Both the position numbers and the translations under genes were made by a program. A DNA stretch of 64,000 nucleotides from Spirochaetia bacterium (GTDB lineage: Bacteria > Spirochaetota > Spirochaetia > CADAEX01), in contig JAZURI010000007.1 in assembly GCA_045606105.1 (NCBI GenBank), positions 37,554 through 101,553 on the forward strand. The letters are read 5' to 3'. Below are positions 50,362 through 60,291 of this stretch, in pieces. Position 1 is the stretch's first letter. Every line of letters begins with the position of its first letter. The notes under the pieces were generated by a model. It had not been told where the DNA came from and searched no databases. It saw only the letters and a program-made list of their open reading frames with translations.

Positions 50362-50766
50362 ATGAACATTATCCGGAGATATAAAAAAAGAATATCGGTT
50401 CCCATGAATGCAATGTGCGATATTGCCTTCCTCCTTTTTATCTTTATCATGGTCATTTCCATCATCAACAACGAAAAGCCTGAGAATTTCGAATATGCGG
50501 TTTCGGCAGAGGGGGAGGAACAGGTTCCGGCTCTGGAGTTCTTCGTATCGCCTGACGGTACTGTTTTCAACGGCGGCATGGTTGATGATGCGGCGGTTAT
50601 GGCCATGGCTGCAGAGGCAGTAAGGAAAAACAGCGAAGCATTGATTGCGGTTTCGGCTCACAGGGATTGTGAATACAGGCATGTGGACCGTCTTGTCTCC
50701 CTGTTGAAAAAAGGGGGATGCATAAATTTTTTATTCTCTGCAGAAAAATTTTCAAATAGCTATTGA
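50362..50766 (+). CDS. ExbD/TolR-family protein (putative), no ExbB/TolQ partner nearby
   Basis: 134 aa. One N-terminal TM helix is preceded by the characteristic segment NAMCDIAFLLFIFIMV, and a periplasmic domain follows. Confidence 0.5.
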   Translation: MNIIRRYKKRISVPMNAMCDIAFLLFIFIMVISIINNEKPENFEYAVSAEGEEQVPALEFFVSPDGTVFNGGMVDDAAVMAMAAEAVRKNSEALIAVSAHRDCEYRHVDRLVSLLKKGGCINFLFSAEKFSNSY

Positions 50767-50804
50767 CTTTCTTTGTATGATTTAATATTCTAAACGAGGT
50801 TGAT

Positions 50805-50878
50805 GCCATCTTAGCTCAGCTGGCCAGAGCACGTGACTTGTAATCTCGGGGTCGTCAGTTCGAATCTGACAGATGGCT
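50805..50878 (+). tRNA. tRNA-Thr (anticodon UGU)
   Basis: Hand-folded. Acceptor gccatct/agatggc, anticodon loop ctTGTaa (one U-U mismatch in the stem), and T arm gtcag-ttcgaat-ctgac. Confidence 0.85.
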
Positions 50879-50898
50879 TTACAACTTTTAGTTGTTAT

Positions 50899-50980
50899 GG
50901 GGAGATTCCCGAGCGGTCAAAGGGGGCAGACTGTAAATCTGTTGACTAAGTCTTCGAAGGTCCGAATCCTTCTCTCCCCA
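50899..50980 (+). tRNA. tRNA-Tyr (anticodon GUA), long variable arm
   Basis: Hand-folded. Acceptor ggggaga/tctcccc, anticodon stem gcaga/tctgt with loop ctGTAaa, variable hairpin gact/agtc, and T arm gaagg-tccgaat-ccttc. Confidence 0.88.
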
Positions 50981-50983
50981 GCT

Positions 50984-51018
50984 TGCCTTCTGAATTTTTT
51001 TCAGAAGGCATTTTTTTT
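50984..51018 (+). terminator. rho-independent terminator after the tRNA pair
   Basis: Stem tgccttctg/cagaaggca followed by an 8-nt T-run. Confidence 0.8.
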
Positions 51019-51035
51019 GTTTATCGAGGTGTTTT

Positions 51036-51503
51036 ATGTTTGAACCTTTTTACAAGGATGGACTGAATTTTGAATGTCAGCGCTGTTCCGGCTGCTGCAG
51101 ATATGACAGCGGATATGTTTTTCTTTCGGAAGAGGATATAAGCAATCTTCTTGAGGTGCTGGGTATATCCAGGGAAGAACTGCTGGAAAAGTATTGTACA
51201 GAGGTAAACATAAGCGGAACCTACCGTATAAGTCTTCAGGAAAAGGAAAATTTTGACTGTATCTTCTGGAGCGACGGAGGCTGCAGCGTATACAAGGGGC
51301 GCCCTCTTCAGTGCCGCAGCTTTCCCTTCTGGGCTCCATACCTGGAATCCAGGGAGGACTGGGACGGTCTGGGAGAATCCTGTCCGGGTGTAAACAAGGG
51401 AAAGCTTCATTCCAGGGAAGAGATAGAGGAGTGGCTTTACAGAAGAAGAGCCGAAAAGCTCATATCGGTTAAACCGGATCTTAAAGAAGTCCTTGATAGC
51501 TGA
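51036..51503 (+). CDS. YkgJ-family cysteine-cluster protein (CxxCxxCC)
   Basis: N-terminal FECQRCSGCCR and a later C.....C pattern typical of the putative Zn/Fe-chelating domain family. Confidence 0.7.
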   Translation: MFEPFYKDGLNFECQRCSGCCRYDSGYVFLSEEDISNLLEVLGISREELLEKYCTEVNISGTYRISLQEKENFDCIFWSDGGCSVYKGRPLQCRSFPFWAPYLESREDWDGLGESCPGVNKGKLHSREEIEEWLYRRRAEKLISVKPDLKEVLDS

Positions 51504-51529
51504 CCTTTCTTATAATATAATAAATTACG

Positions 51530-52468
51530 ATGAAGATTAAATTCTGGGGTGTGTGCGGCTCCGTACCGTCCCCTCTTACCACAGAAAAATTCAGGCGGAA
51601 GGTTTCATCCATAGTTCAGCGTATTACCCCTGAGGATCTTGAAACACCGGAAATGAGGGAGAAATTCCTTGCACAGCTGCCGGTATCCCTTTTTTCCGTA
51701 ACGGGAGGAAATACCCCATGCATTGAGATCAGACCTGATGACGATACCCTGATCATTGTAGACGGGGGAACAGGGCTCCATGAGCTGGGACGACACCTGG
51801 AGGAGAGCTGCTCCGGTATCAGGGAATGCCATATATTCCTTACCCATTTCCACTGGGACCATATCCAGGGAATCCCTTTCTTCAGGCCTGCCTTTGACCG
51901 GGAATGGAAGATAACCTTCTACAGTCCGGACGAAAAGCTTGAATCAATTCTCAGGGAGCAGATGAAAATGCCCTACAGCAGCGTAGAAATGTCTGAGATG
52001 AAGGCTGATATCCGGTTTGTGGTACTGCGGCACAAGATAAGCTTTTCCGGCTGCGATGTAAGCTTCCGGAAGATACTTCATCCGGGGGGCTGCTATGCCT
52101 ATCGTTTTTCTGAAAACGGAAAGAATCTTATTGTAGCTACCGATATGGAGCTCAGAGAAGAGGATTTTGCCGATACCGATGAGAATTCCGAATTTTACCG
52201 CAGTGCGGATATGATAATACTTGATTCCCATTACGGTCCCAATGAAACGGCCGGAATCAGGGAACGGGGACATTCCTCCAACTGTCTGGGGGTGGATTTT
52301 ACAGGCAAATGGGGAATCCGCAATCTTGTCCTTTTTCATTACAATCCCGATTTCAACGATACCAGGATTTCCGATCTTCTTACATCGGCACAATGGTATT
52401 CCAGACATATTCCGGGCTTCGGTGCCGGCATAATACTGGCCAGGGAAGGGCTGGTGCTGGAGGTCTGA
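51530..52468 (+). CDS. MBL-fold metallo-hydrolase
   Basis: HxHxDH motif (THFHWDHIQG) and a downstream His/Asp pattern. Confidence 0.8.
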   Translation: MKIKFWGVCGSVPSPLTTEKFRRKVSSIVQRITPEDLETPEMREKFLAQLPVSLFSVTGGNTPCIEIRPDDDTLIIVDGGTGLHELGRHLEESCSGIRECHIFLTHFHWDHIQGIPFFRPAFDREWKITFYSPDEKLESILREQMKMPYSSVEMSEMKADIRFVVLRHKISFSGCDVSFRKILHPGGCYAYRFSENGKNLIVATDMELREEDFADTDENSEFYRSADMIILDSHYGPNETAGIRERGHSSNCLGVDFTGKWGIRNLVLFHYNPDFNDTRISDLLTSAQWYSRHIPGFGAGIILAREGLVLEV

Positions 52469-52656
52469 TGAATATAGAGCTTGACGAAAAAGGGTGCGAG
52501 GAGCTTTATTTTCTCCTTTCCCATAACGAAACATCACTGTCGGGACAGCTTTATTCACTGAAGATACTGCTGGAAAAGCCTCTTTTTAAGAAATACAGCT
52601 TTGAGGAAATCATGAAGCTGAAAGCAGATGCAAGGAGAAAATACAGCCTGGGATGA
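52468..52656 (+). CDS. small hypothetical protein (62 aa), translationally coupled on both sides
   Basis: The ATG overlaps the MBL stop (TGATG) and the stop overlaps the mltG start (ATGA). The sequence is MNIELDEKGCEELYFLL... Confidence 0.4.
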   Translation: MNIELDEKGCEELYFLLSHNETSLSGQLYSLKILLEKPLFKKYSFEEIMKLKADARRKYSLG

Positions 52657-53666
52657 AAAAATTCATAATTCTTTTGTTACTGGCTGCCGTCATTGCCGGC
52701 GGCGGTGGTGCCTATGCGTTTCATTATTTCAATCTTCCTGCTGCTCCGGAAACAGCCGGCAGTTCTGTTTTTGAAATCAGGAAAGGGGAGAGCCTGAGTG
52801 TCATAGCCGGCAATCTGGAAAAGGACGGCTTTATCAGGTCCGGTCTTTACCTGAGGCTGCTCAGCAGAAAAAACGGTACCGGCAACAGCTTCAAGACCGG
52901 TCAGTATGAAATCAGTCCTGCCATGACAGCAACGGAAATCCACGATCTCCTTGTTTCAGGCAAGGGTATAATGATAAAGGTAACCGTGCCGGAGGGAATA
53001 ACCCTCAGGAAAACGGCAGCCATACTGGAGGAGGCCGGAATTGTGTCTGCAGGTGATTTTATCGCCGCCGCCTCCGACAGGAAAATCCTGGACCGGTACG
53101 GTATAAAGGGTGAGACTGCAGAGGGCTTCATATTTCCCGATTCCTACCTGTTCCAGAAAAATGTTTCCGCCGGTTCGGTGCTGGATATCTTTCTGAAGAC
53201 ATTCTTCGGTAAATTGGGAAAGGTTTGTCCGGGATATGCCTCTCTCAGCAGTGAGGAGCTTTACGACAAGGTTATCCTGGCCTCCATTGTGGAGCGGGAG
53301 TACAGAAGGGCTGAGGAGGCTCCTCTTATTGCTTCGGTTTTCACCAACAGGCTGAAGATAGGGATGAGCCTTGCTTCGTGTGCCACCATCGAATACATTA
53401 TTACCGAAATCCAGGGGAAAAAGCATCCGGAATACATAACCTATGCCGATCTGGAAATAAAATCACCCTATAACACCTACAGGAACAAGGGGCTTCCGCC
53501 GGGTCCCATATCGAATCCGGGTATAATAGCCCTGGAAGCGGCCGTAAAGCCGGCTGAAAGCGATTATCTCTTCTTCCTGCTCAAGGACAGGGAGACAGGA
53601 GAGCATTTTTTCTCGAAGCGGTTTTCGGACCACAGCAACGCCAAGATTCTTTATCTTAAAAAATAA
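52653..53666 (+). CDS. mltG: endolytic murein transglycosylase MltG (YceG-like)
   Basis: N-terminal TM helix and the YceG signature near the C-terminus (SPYNTYRNKGLPPGPISNPG). Confidence 0.9.
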   Translation: MKKFIILLLLAAVIAGGGGAYAFHYFNLPAAPETAGSSVFEIRKGESLSVIAGNLEKDGFIRSGLYLRLLSRKNGTGNSFKTGQYEISPAMTATEIHDLLVSGKGIMIKVTVPEGITLRKTAAILEEAGIVSAGDFIAAASDRKILDRYGIKGETAEGFIFPDSYLFQKNVSAGSVLDIFLKTFFGKLGKVCPGYASLSSEELYDKVILASIVEREYRRAEEAPLIASVFTNRLKIGMSLASCATIEYIITEIQGKKHPEYITYADLEIKSPYNTYRNKGLPPGPISNPGIIALEAAVKPAESDYLFFLLKDRETGEHFFSKRFSDHSNAKILYLKK

Positions 53667-53719
53667 GCTGATTCTTGAAAAATCGTGAAATATATAATAT
53701 ACTATAATTGGGTTATTAT

Positions 53720-55486
53720 ATGTTTCTTCCTGATGACGTTATAAAAGAAATTTCAGACAGAACCGATATCGAAGCGCTGGTGAGCCGTTATGTAACCCTG
53801 CAGAGGGTAGGTGGCAGGCTTAAGGGATTATGCCCGTTTCATCAGGAAAAGACACCATCCTTCACCGTATCTCCCGACAAGGGGGTATTCCATTGCTTCG
53901 GCTGCAAGAAGGGGGGCAATGCCTTCACATTCCTCATGGAGATGGAAAAGCTGACCTTTCCGGAGGCAGCGGAGCAGTTGGCTAAATCTGCGGGAATCTC
54001 CCTGGAGCAATATAAATACAGGGGCAGTCCCGAAGGTGTTTCCGAAAAACAGAAGCTGACAGAGCTCAACGACAGGGTGGCAAAGGCCCTGCACTATATC
54101 CTGATATCTACCCCGGAGGGAAAGGGGGCGCTGGATTATCTGCTGGGAAGGGGCGTAACCATGGAGATGATAGAAAAATTCTGTCTGGGTTACATGCCTG
54201 ATGACAGGACCTGGCTCCACTCATTCCTTGTCCGGAAGAACTATTCTCCCGATTTCCTGGCAAAAAGCGGTCTTTTTTCGGTCCGGTATCCAAGGATTTC
54301 ACTGTTTTCGGGCCGTGTGATTTTTCCGGTATTTTCCAGACACGGAAATGTGATAGCCTTCGGAGGCAGGACCATGAAGAAGGATGAGCAGCCCAAATAT
54401 ATCAACTCTCCCGAAACTGCGGCCTTCAGGAAGCATGAAGAGCTTTTCGGTCTGAATATCGCACTGCAGGCCATGAGAAAAAGCGAATTCTGCTATGTGG
54501 TTGAAGGGTACATGGATGTGATAGCCATGAACCAGGCGGGAATAGAGAATGTGGTGGCTCCTCTGGGAACAGCCCTTACCGAGGATCAGGCCAGGATGAT
54601 AAAGAGAAATGCTCCCCGGGTGGTGCTTCTTTTCGACGGAGATGCGGCCGGTGTCAAGGCGGCGGAAAGGGGAAGCTTCATATGTGAGAAGGAAAATCTC
54701 ATCTGCGATATCGTCAAGCTGCCGGGGGACAATGACCCTGCCGACATTCTGCGGAGCGAGGGAAAGGATGCCTTGACAAAACATCTCGGAAATGTTATAA
54801 ATTGCTTTGATTTTATATTGGGTAACTCTTGCCGTAACTATGACATAAAGCATTTTGAGGGAATAAAAAAGCTGTACGAAAAGATATTTCCTCTTCTTGA
54901 CATTACGGACTCGGAGGTACGCAAGGAACAGCGTCTGAAATCTGTAGCAGACAGTTTAAATGCCGATTACAGATCAGTTTACAATGATTATTATAAAAGT
55001 CGTAAAGGGGGAATCGGAAACACGTTAAGCAGTGCGGCTGCGGTTCAGGAAAACAAGATTTCCGGGGAACTGTATCTGCTGATTGCGGCACTGGTTAATG
55101 ATAACTGTTTTGAAGAGGTAAGGAACGAGCTTACCGTTGATGATTTTCTTGACAGCAGGGCAAGAGAGCTGTTTATTGTCATGGAAGAATGCTTCAGGAA
55201 GAGAGTTTTCAAGGTTGATGTCATTCAGGAACAACTAAAGAACGAAAAACTCAGGGAAATGATAATGCAGAAGTTTTTTTCCGATGAATTCAGACTTAAT
55301 CCGGAGAAAATTATCAGGGACAGTATCAATAATGTAAAAATGAACAATCTTCTGATGAAAAGGCAGAAGGTGGAACGTGTTCTGCGCAGGTCTGCGGAGA
55401 CGGATGCCGCTCAGCTGGAGGAACTTATAGCTGACAAGGCATATTATGACAAAGAAATTGAAAAACTAAAAGGAATGATAAATTAA
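53720..55486 (+). CDS. dnaG: DNA primase
   Basis: Zn ribbon [29 protein letters not shown] and TOPRIM motif (VVEGYMDV...LFDGDAAG). ATG 53720 is preferred. The ORF track starts at TTG 53708. Confidence 0.93.
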   Translation: MFLPDDVIKEISDRTDIEALVSRYVTLQRVGGRLKGLCPFHQEKTPSFTVSPDKGVFHCFGCKKGGNAFTFLMEMEKLTFPEAAEQLAKSAGISLEQYKYRGSPEGVSEKQKLTELNDRVAKALHYILISTPEGKGALDYLLGRGVTMEMIEKFCLGYMPDDRTWLHSFLVRKNYSPDFLAKSGLFSVRYPRISLFSGRVIFPVFSRHGNVIAFGGRTMKKDEQPKYINSPETAAFRKHEELFGLNIALQAMRKSEFCYVVEGYMDVIAMNQAGIENVVAPLGTALTEDQARMIKRNAPRVVLLFDGDAAGVKAAERGSFICEKENLICDIVKLPGDNDPADILRSEGKDALTKHLGNVINCFDFILGNSCRNYDIKHFEGIKKLYEKIFPLLDITDSEVRKEQRLKSVADSLNADYRSVYNDYYKSRKGGIGNTLSSAAAVQENKISGELYLLIAALVNDNCFEEVRNELTVDDFLDSRARELFIVMEECFRKRVFKVDVIQEQLKNEKLREMIMQKFFSDEFRLNPEKIIRDSINNVKMNNLLMKRQKVERVLRRSAETDAAQLEELIADKAYYDKEIEKLKGMIN

Positions 55487-57222
55487 TGATGGATCTGGAG
55501 AATAATTCTGCCATTAAAAAACTGATTGAATACGGAAAATCAAAGAAAAAGCTTTCTTATGAAGATATAAACGAAATACTTCCTGCCGATATTGTCTCTT
55601 CCGAAAAAATCGATGAAATCATAATGCTTCTGGAAAAAAACAACATTCTTATCGAGGGTGATAAGGATTTTGAAGAGGAAGACGATGAGGATGAGGACGA
55701 TGAGGATGAGGACGGAGAATCAGGGAAAGTCCTGACAGGTGACAAGGACGGTACCATAGATGACCCCATCAGGCTCTATCTCCGTGAAATAGGACGGGAA
55801 AGCCTTCTTTCCGCAGATCAGGAGGTAGACCTTTCCAAAAAGATGGAAGATGGTGAAAACATTCTCAAGAGGGTAATCAGGGAATCGGGAATCATTATTC
55901 CTGAATTCTACAAGCTTTCCCAGAAGACCTTCTCCAAGGTGGATCCCAAGGACCCTGAAATGTCCAAGAAGGAGCTTTCCGATTTCATGGCTGAAAGAAG
56001 AAGGCTTAACCAGTTCTACAAGGATTCACTCAAGGATGTGACCCCGGCTCTCAAATCATATATCGAGCTCAAGAACAAGATTCTGACCATGGGAGGGAAT
56101 ATACTTGAAGATCCGACTCTCAGGAAAAAGGCAAAGAACATTACAGCCCATCTCAGGGATATTGAGCTTCATACCGAAGAGATAACAAAGTTTTCGGAAA
56201 AGTTCATTTCCACAGCGAAGAAAATAGAAAAGTGCATGGGAGAGCAGAAAAAGCTGGAAAAATGCCTCCACATCAAGGATATCAAGGAGCTCAGGAACCT
56301 GGGACGCTGCCTTGCCACTGCCTCAAAGAGACGCGAGATCGAGGAAAGCCTGGGAATGCCGTCTGAGGAGATCAAGGAAAAGATAAGGATTATCCAGGTA
56401 AACGAGAAGAAGCTCCGCACCATCGAGGCCGATTTCGAGAACTCCATCGATGACATCATGAAGATGGCAGAAGAGATTGAAAAAGGCATGTCCATGATGA
56501 AAAATGCCAAAAATAAGCTTATAAAGGCAAACTTGAGACTTGTAGTAAGTATTGCCAAGAAGTATACTAACAGAGGACTTCAGTTCTTCGACCTGGTACA
56601 GGAAGGAAATATAGGTCTTATCAAGGCTGTTGAGAAATTCGAATACCGCAAGGGATACAAGTTTTCAACCTATGCCACATGGTGGATCAGACAGGCTATT
56701 ACCAGATCCATTTCAGATCAGGCCAGAACCATCAGGGTTCCTGTTCACATGATTGAGCAGATAAACAAGGTGGTGCGTGAATCCAGGCAGATGATGCAGC
56801 TTCTGGGCAGGGAGCCTACCGATGATGAAATTGCGGAAAGGCTGGGCTGGGAAGTAAAGAAGGTAAAGTCTGTCAAGAGCGTGGCCAGAGAGCCTATTTC
56901 CCTGGAGACACCGATCGGAGAGGAGGAGGATTCCCTTCTCGGAGACTTTATCGAGGACAAGGATGCCGAGAACCCGGCAACAAATACTGCATACAAGATG
57001 CTGCAGGATAATATGAGCGAGGTTCTCAAGGAGATTCCGCCGAGAGAGCAGGAGGTTCTTAAAATGAGATTCGGTCTGGAGGACGGATATCCTCTGACAT
57101 TGGAAGAGGTGGGTCTCTATTTTAATGTAACCCGTGAAAGAATAAGACAGATTGAAGCCAAGGCCCTCAGAAGGCTCAGACTTCCTCAGAGAAGCTGCCG
57201 TCTTAAGGACTATATTGAGTAA
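55486..57222 (+). CDS. rpoD: primary RNA polymerase sigma factor (sigma-70)
   Basis: Acidic region 1 insert and conserved regions 2-4 ([46 protein letters not shown]). TAATG overlap with dnaG. Confidence 0.95.
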   Translation: MMDLENNSAIKKLIEYGKSKKKLSYEDINEILPADIVSSEKIDEIIMLLEKNNILIEGDKDFEEEDDEDEDDEDEDGESGKVLTGDKDGTIDDPIRLYLREIGRESLLSADQEVDLSKKMEDGENILKRVIRESGIIIPEFYKLSQKTFSKVDPKDPEMSKKELSDFMAERRRLNQFYKDSLKDVTPALKSYIELKNKILTMGGNILEDPTLRKKAKNITAHLRDIELHTEEITKFSEKFISTAKKIEKCMGEQKKLEKCLHIKDIKELRNLGRCLATASKRREIEESLGMPSEEIKEKIRIIQVNEKKLRTIEADFENSIDDIMKMAEEIEKGMSMMKNAKNKLIKANLRLVVSIAKKYTNRGLQFFDLVQEGNIGLIKAVEKFEYRKGYKFSTYATWWIRQAITRSISDQARTIRVPVHMIEQINKVVRESRQMMQLLGREPTDDEIAERLGWEVKKVKSVKSVAREPISLETPIGEEEDSLLGDFIEDKDAENPATNTAYKMLQDNMSEVLKEIPPREQEVLKMRFGLEDGYPLTLEEVGLYFNVTRERIRQIEAKALRRLRLPQRSCRLKDYIE

Positions 57223-57236
57223 GGAGTATAAGGATT

Positions 57237-58304
57237 ATGATGCAGGATGTTTTTGAAAAATTGCAGGCTTTACAGGAAGTACTTGAATGCAAGTACAATG
57301 TTGAAAGAGAGCTTGAAGAAATTCCTAAGGCAATAAATACAAAAAAAGAGCTTGTTGCAAGACTCAAGAAGCAGTTTATCGAGAAGAGTGAGCTTCTTGA
57401 AAAGAAGCAGCTTAAGGTAAAAGATCTTAAATCCAGACTCAAGGATGCTGAGGAAAGACGTGGCAAATACGAAAGGGATATGGATATAATCAAGACCCAG
57501 AAGGAATATGAGGTTCTTGACAAGGCAATCAAGGATACAATTCTCGAAGAGCAGCAGCTCCGCAAGGAACTTCTCAAGGAAGAGAAGGAGACTGAAGAGC
57601 AGAATCTTACAGTAGAAAGGGAACAGAATCTTATCAACAGCCAGGAGGAGGAACTCAGGGCCGAAGAGGAAAAGATTGCTGCCGAAAGCGATACAAAGAA
57701 GGCTGAGCTTGAAGAGCTCAACAGAAAGAAGGATGAAATCAGCGAAGGTCTTGATGATGAAATTCTTTTCAAGTTTGAAAGAATCATCAAAAGCAAGGAG
57801 GGAGGACACGGTATTGTTCCTGTAAAGGGACTTGTTTGTTCAGCCTGTCACATGATTCTTCCTGCACAGTTCGTAAATGATGTACGCCAGGGCAATTCCA
57901 TCATGTTCTGCCCATACTGCAGCAGAATTCTCTTCTATGTTGAATCTGAAAACGAAGAAGAAATGACATTCAGCTATAATGAAGACCTCGGTTTCTTCGA
58001 GGATGATGAGGAAAATTCATACGAAGACGAAGAGAATCCATACGATGATGAAGACAGCTATTCTGAAGATGGAGAGGATGAGGATACTTCAATCGACACC
58101 GAAAACGAAGATGATTACTACGACGATGAAACTGCCGAAGAGCAGGATGAAATGCTCGAAGGCGAAGAATTCGGCGATGATTTCGATGAAGAATACGGTG
58201 AAGAAGACGAAGAAGACGAAGACGGTTTCGATGATGATAGCCTCGATGAAATGGGCGAAGACGAGGATGAAGACGACGAAGAGGACGAGGACGACGAGGA
58301 GTAA
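57237..58304 (+). CDS. coiled-coil C4 zinc-ribbon protein (COG1579/DUF164-like) with 120-aa polyacidic tail
   Basis: About 200 aa of coiled coil, then CSACHMILP...FCPYCSRIL, then 120 residues of almost only D/E/Y/G (57942-58301). Confidence 0.7.
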   Translation: MMQDVFEKLQALQEVLECKYNVERELEEIPKAINTKKELVARLKKQFIEKSELLEKKQLKVKDLKSRLKDAEERRGKYERDMDIIKTQKEYEVLDKAIKDTILEEQQLRKELLKEEKETEEQNLTVEREQNLINSQEEELRAEEEKIAAESDTKKAELEELNRKKDEISEGLDDEILFKFERIIKSKEGGHGIVPVKGLVCSACHMILPAQFVNDVRQGNSIMFCPYCSRILFYVESENEEEMTFSYNEDLGFFEDDEENSYEDEENPYDDEDSYSEDGEDEDTSIDTENEDDYYDDETAEEQDEMLEGEEFGDDFDEEYGEEDEEDEDGFDDDSLDEMGEDEDEDDEEDEDDEE

Positions 58305-58308
58305 ATCT

Positions 58309-58662
58309 GAGCAGGTCCTGTTATCGCCGGCATGAGAATGCGGGAGGAAAGTCCGGGCTCCGCAGAGCATGATGCCAGTTAACGGCTGGATGTATCTCCG
58401 GTATCTGCCGGAGGTGCAATAGAGAGTGCCACAGAAAATATACTGCCCCGGTGCTTCGGTTCCGGGGTGAGGGTGAAAAGGCGAGGTAAGAGCTCACCGG
58501 GCAGATGGCAACATCTGCCGCATGGTAAACCTCATCAGGAGCAAGGCCAAACAGCGGAGAACTGCTCGTTCATATCCGCGGGTAGGCTGCTTTAGTAAAC
58601 CGGCAACGGTTTTCATAGATAGATGATAGCATAGAACAGAACCCGGCTTACGGACCTGCTTT
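58309..58662 (+). ncRNA. rnpB: RNase P RNA, bacterial type A
   Basis: Universal motifs GGAGGAAAGTCCGGGCTCC (near the 5' end), GGTAAGAGCTCACC, and ACAGAACCCGGCTTA (near the 3' end). The P1 helix is agcaggtcc (58310-58318) pairing with ggacctgct (58652-58660). A T-run follows. Ends are accurate to +/- a few nt. Confidence 0.9.
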
Positions 58663-58667
58663 TTTAT

Positions 58668-59582
58668 ATGAAGAAATTTAAGATAAACCTATCCAGGAAG
58701 ATTATTGCAGTTTCGGCATTTGTTGTATTAGCGGCCGTTTTATGCATACTTGTTTTCAGGTTCACAAGCGGCTCCATATCCTTTGCCGATGACAATGAAA
58801 ACACATCTTTTTCCGCACTGTGGGAAAGCCGGCAGTACACAAGGCTTATTGAAGCCGGTAATAATGAACTGAAAAAAAATCCCATGAACAAGCATGCCCT
58901 TGTCTTTACCGGTTTTGCAAACTTTTATCACGGTATTTCCATTCTCATTCCCGAAGAGCGTACCGAATATATGGAAGAGGCGGTAAAGCTTCTCAGAAAG
59001 GCTCTTCTTACCGACGGTGAGGTCAATTCCTCCGTAAAGTATATCCTGGGAAAAGCCTATTATCATAAGGGGCGTCATTACAGCAACCTTTCAGTAAAAT
59101 ATCTTACCGAAGCATTGGATGAAAACTATCCAGCAAGGGATATCCATGAATATCTGGGACTGGCTTATTCCGCCATGGGAAACAGGGCCGGTACCATAGA
59201 AAACTTTGAAAAGGCGGCGGAGCTGAATCCCGGTTCACCGCTTCTGCTTCTCTCTCTGGCAAATGCCTACATTGAAAACAATGAAAACGAGAAGGCAGCC
59301 CTGGTTCTCGGTAACATGGGAGGTACCGGGGATAACGAGGTTATAAACGAAAAGAGATACCTGCTGGAGGGGCGTGTCCGCATCTCCATAGGAAATCTGA
59401 AGGAGGCTGAAGCTTCCCTGAAGAAGGCTCTGGAAATAAATCCTGACATGGTTGATGCCTATTTCTATCTCGGTCTGGTCTATGAGGCTGAAGGGGATAA
59501 ATGGAAGGCCAGGAAACAATGGGAAAAGGGTTACAGAACCGATCCCGACTATGCTCCCATCAAGGACAAGCTGTTCAGATAG
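58668..59582 (+). CDS. membrane-anchored tetratricopeptide (TPR) repeat protein
   Basis: N-terminal TM helix and several TPR-like repeats (e.g. AEASLKKALEINPDMVDAYFYLGLVYEAEGD). Confidence 0.7.
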   Translation: MKKFKINLSRKIIAVSAFVVLAAVLCILVFRFTSGSISFADDNENTSFSALWESRQYTRLIEAGNNELKKNPMNKHALVFTGFANFYHGISILIPEERTEYMEEAVKLLRKALLTDGEVNSSVKYILGKAYYHKGRHYSNLSVKYLTEALDENYPARDIHEYLGLAYSAMGNRAGTIENFEKAAELNPGSPLLLLSLANAYIENNENEKAALVLGNMGGTGDNEVINEKRYLLEGRVRISIGNLKEAEASLKKALEINPDMVDAYFYLGLVYEAEGDKWKARKQWEKGYRTDPDYAPIKDKLFR

Positions 59583-59591
59583 CGGCGGTTT

Positions 59592-60290
59592 TCAGTCTGT
59601 ATTCCTGAGCTTCAGTGGGATGCCTGCATCCCTGACAATTTCTGCCATGGCTTCCAGCCTTGACAGCGGATAAGGGTGTTCTGCAAAGCCTTTGTCCAAT
59701 GTATTTCCAGGAACATATCCTGCCAGTACATAAAGTTCGGTTCCTTTTACAAGAGTACAGATCTTTCTTATGTCATCCTCATCCACGATACCCGGAACCA
59801 CGGTGGTCCTGAACTCATGGCTTATTCCCGAAGCCTTTATGATATCCACGGAGCTGATTATCTTCTCCTGCAGTATTTTTCCTGCACCCTCTTCTCCCGG
59901 CAGCAGCAGACCGTACTTTTCAGGAGAGGTCTTAATATCCATGGCAATATAGTCAGGCTTTATTTCAAGTATTTTTTCGGGAAATGTACCGTTTGTATCC
60001 AGCTTGATCAGATATCCCATTTTCCGTATTTCGGAAACCAGGTCTCCCAGATCGTTGTGAACCAGGGGCTCTCCTCCGGATATACAGACTCCTTCGATGA
60101 CATTCTTTCTTTTTTCAAGGTATGAAAGTACGGAATCAATATTCTCCAGATCATCGGCCCGGTTCAGGACCAGCTCCGGATTATGGCAGTAAGGACAGCG
60201 CAGATTACAACCGGGGAGAAAAATCACGGATGCGACTCTCCCCGGATAATTGATAAGTGTGGTTTTTATAAAACCGGCTCTGGTAATCAC
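59592..60290 (-). CDS. nrdG: anaerobic ribonucleoside-triphosphate reductase activating protein (radical SAM)
   Basis: CNLRCPYCHN radical-SAM cluster motif. The GTG start is 1 nt after the upstream TAA. Last gene of the nrd operon. Confidence 0.88.
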   Translation of the reverse strand: MITRAGFIKTTLINYPGRVASVIFLPGCNLRCPYCHNPELVLNRADDLENIDSVLSYLEKRKNVIEGVCISGGEPLVHNDLGDLVSEIRKMGYLIKLDTNGTFPEKILEIKPDYIAMDIKTSPEKYGLLLPGEEGAGKILQEKIISSVDIIKASGISHEFRTTVVPGIVDEDDIRKICTLVKGTELYVLAGYVPGNTLDKGFAEHPYPLSRLEAMAEIVRDAGIPLKLRNTD

Positions 60291-60291
60291 T

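Noticed and set aside
55670-55725. GAT/GAG repeat block in rpoD.
   Set aside because: An acidic low-complexity insert in region 1 of primary sigma factors is common. It is in frame and unremarkable.
57203-57796. A 197-aa Ser/Leu-rich minus-strand ORF, with a second one at 57270-57809.
   Set aside because: It is the mirror image of the Glu/Lys-rich coiled-coil coding region (GAA/AAG codons read antisense as TTC/CTT). This is a classic antisense artefact.
58000-58304. GA-rich repetitive DNA that might be a tandem repeat array or a CRISPR-like element.
   Set aside because: The periodicity is codon-level (GAN codons for Asp/Glu) inside a continuous ORF. There are no unit repeats with spacers.
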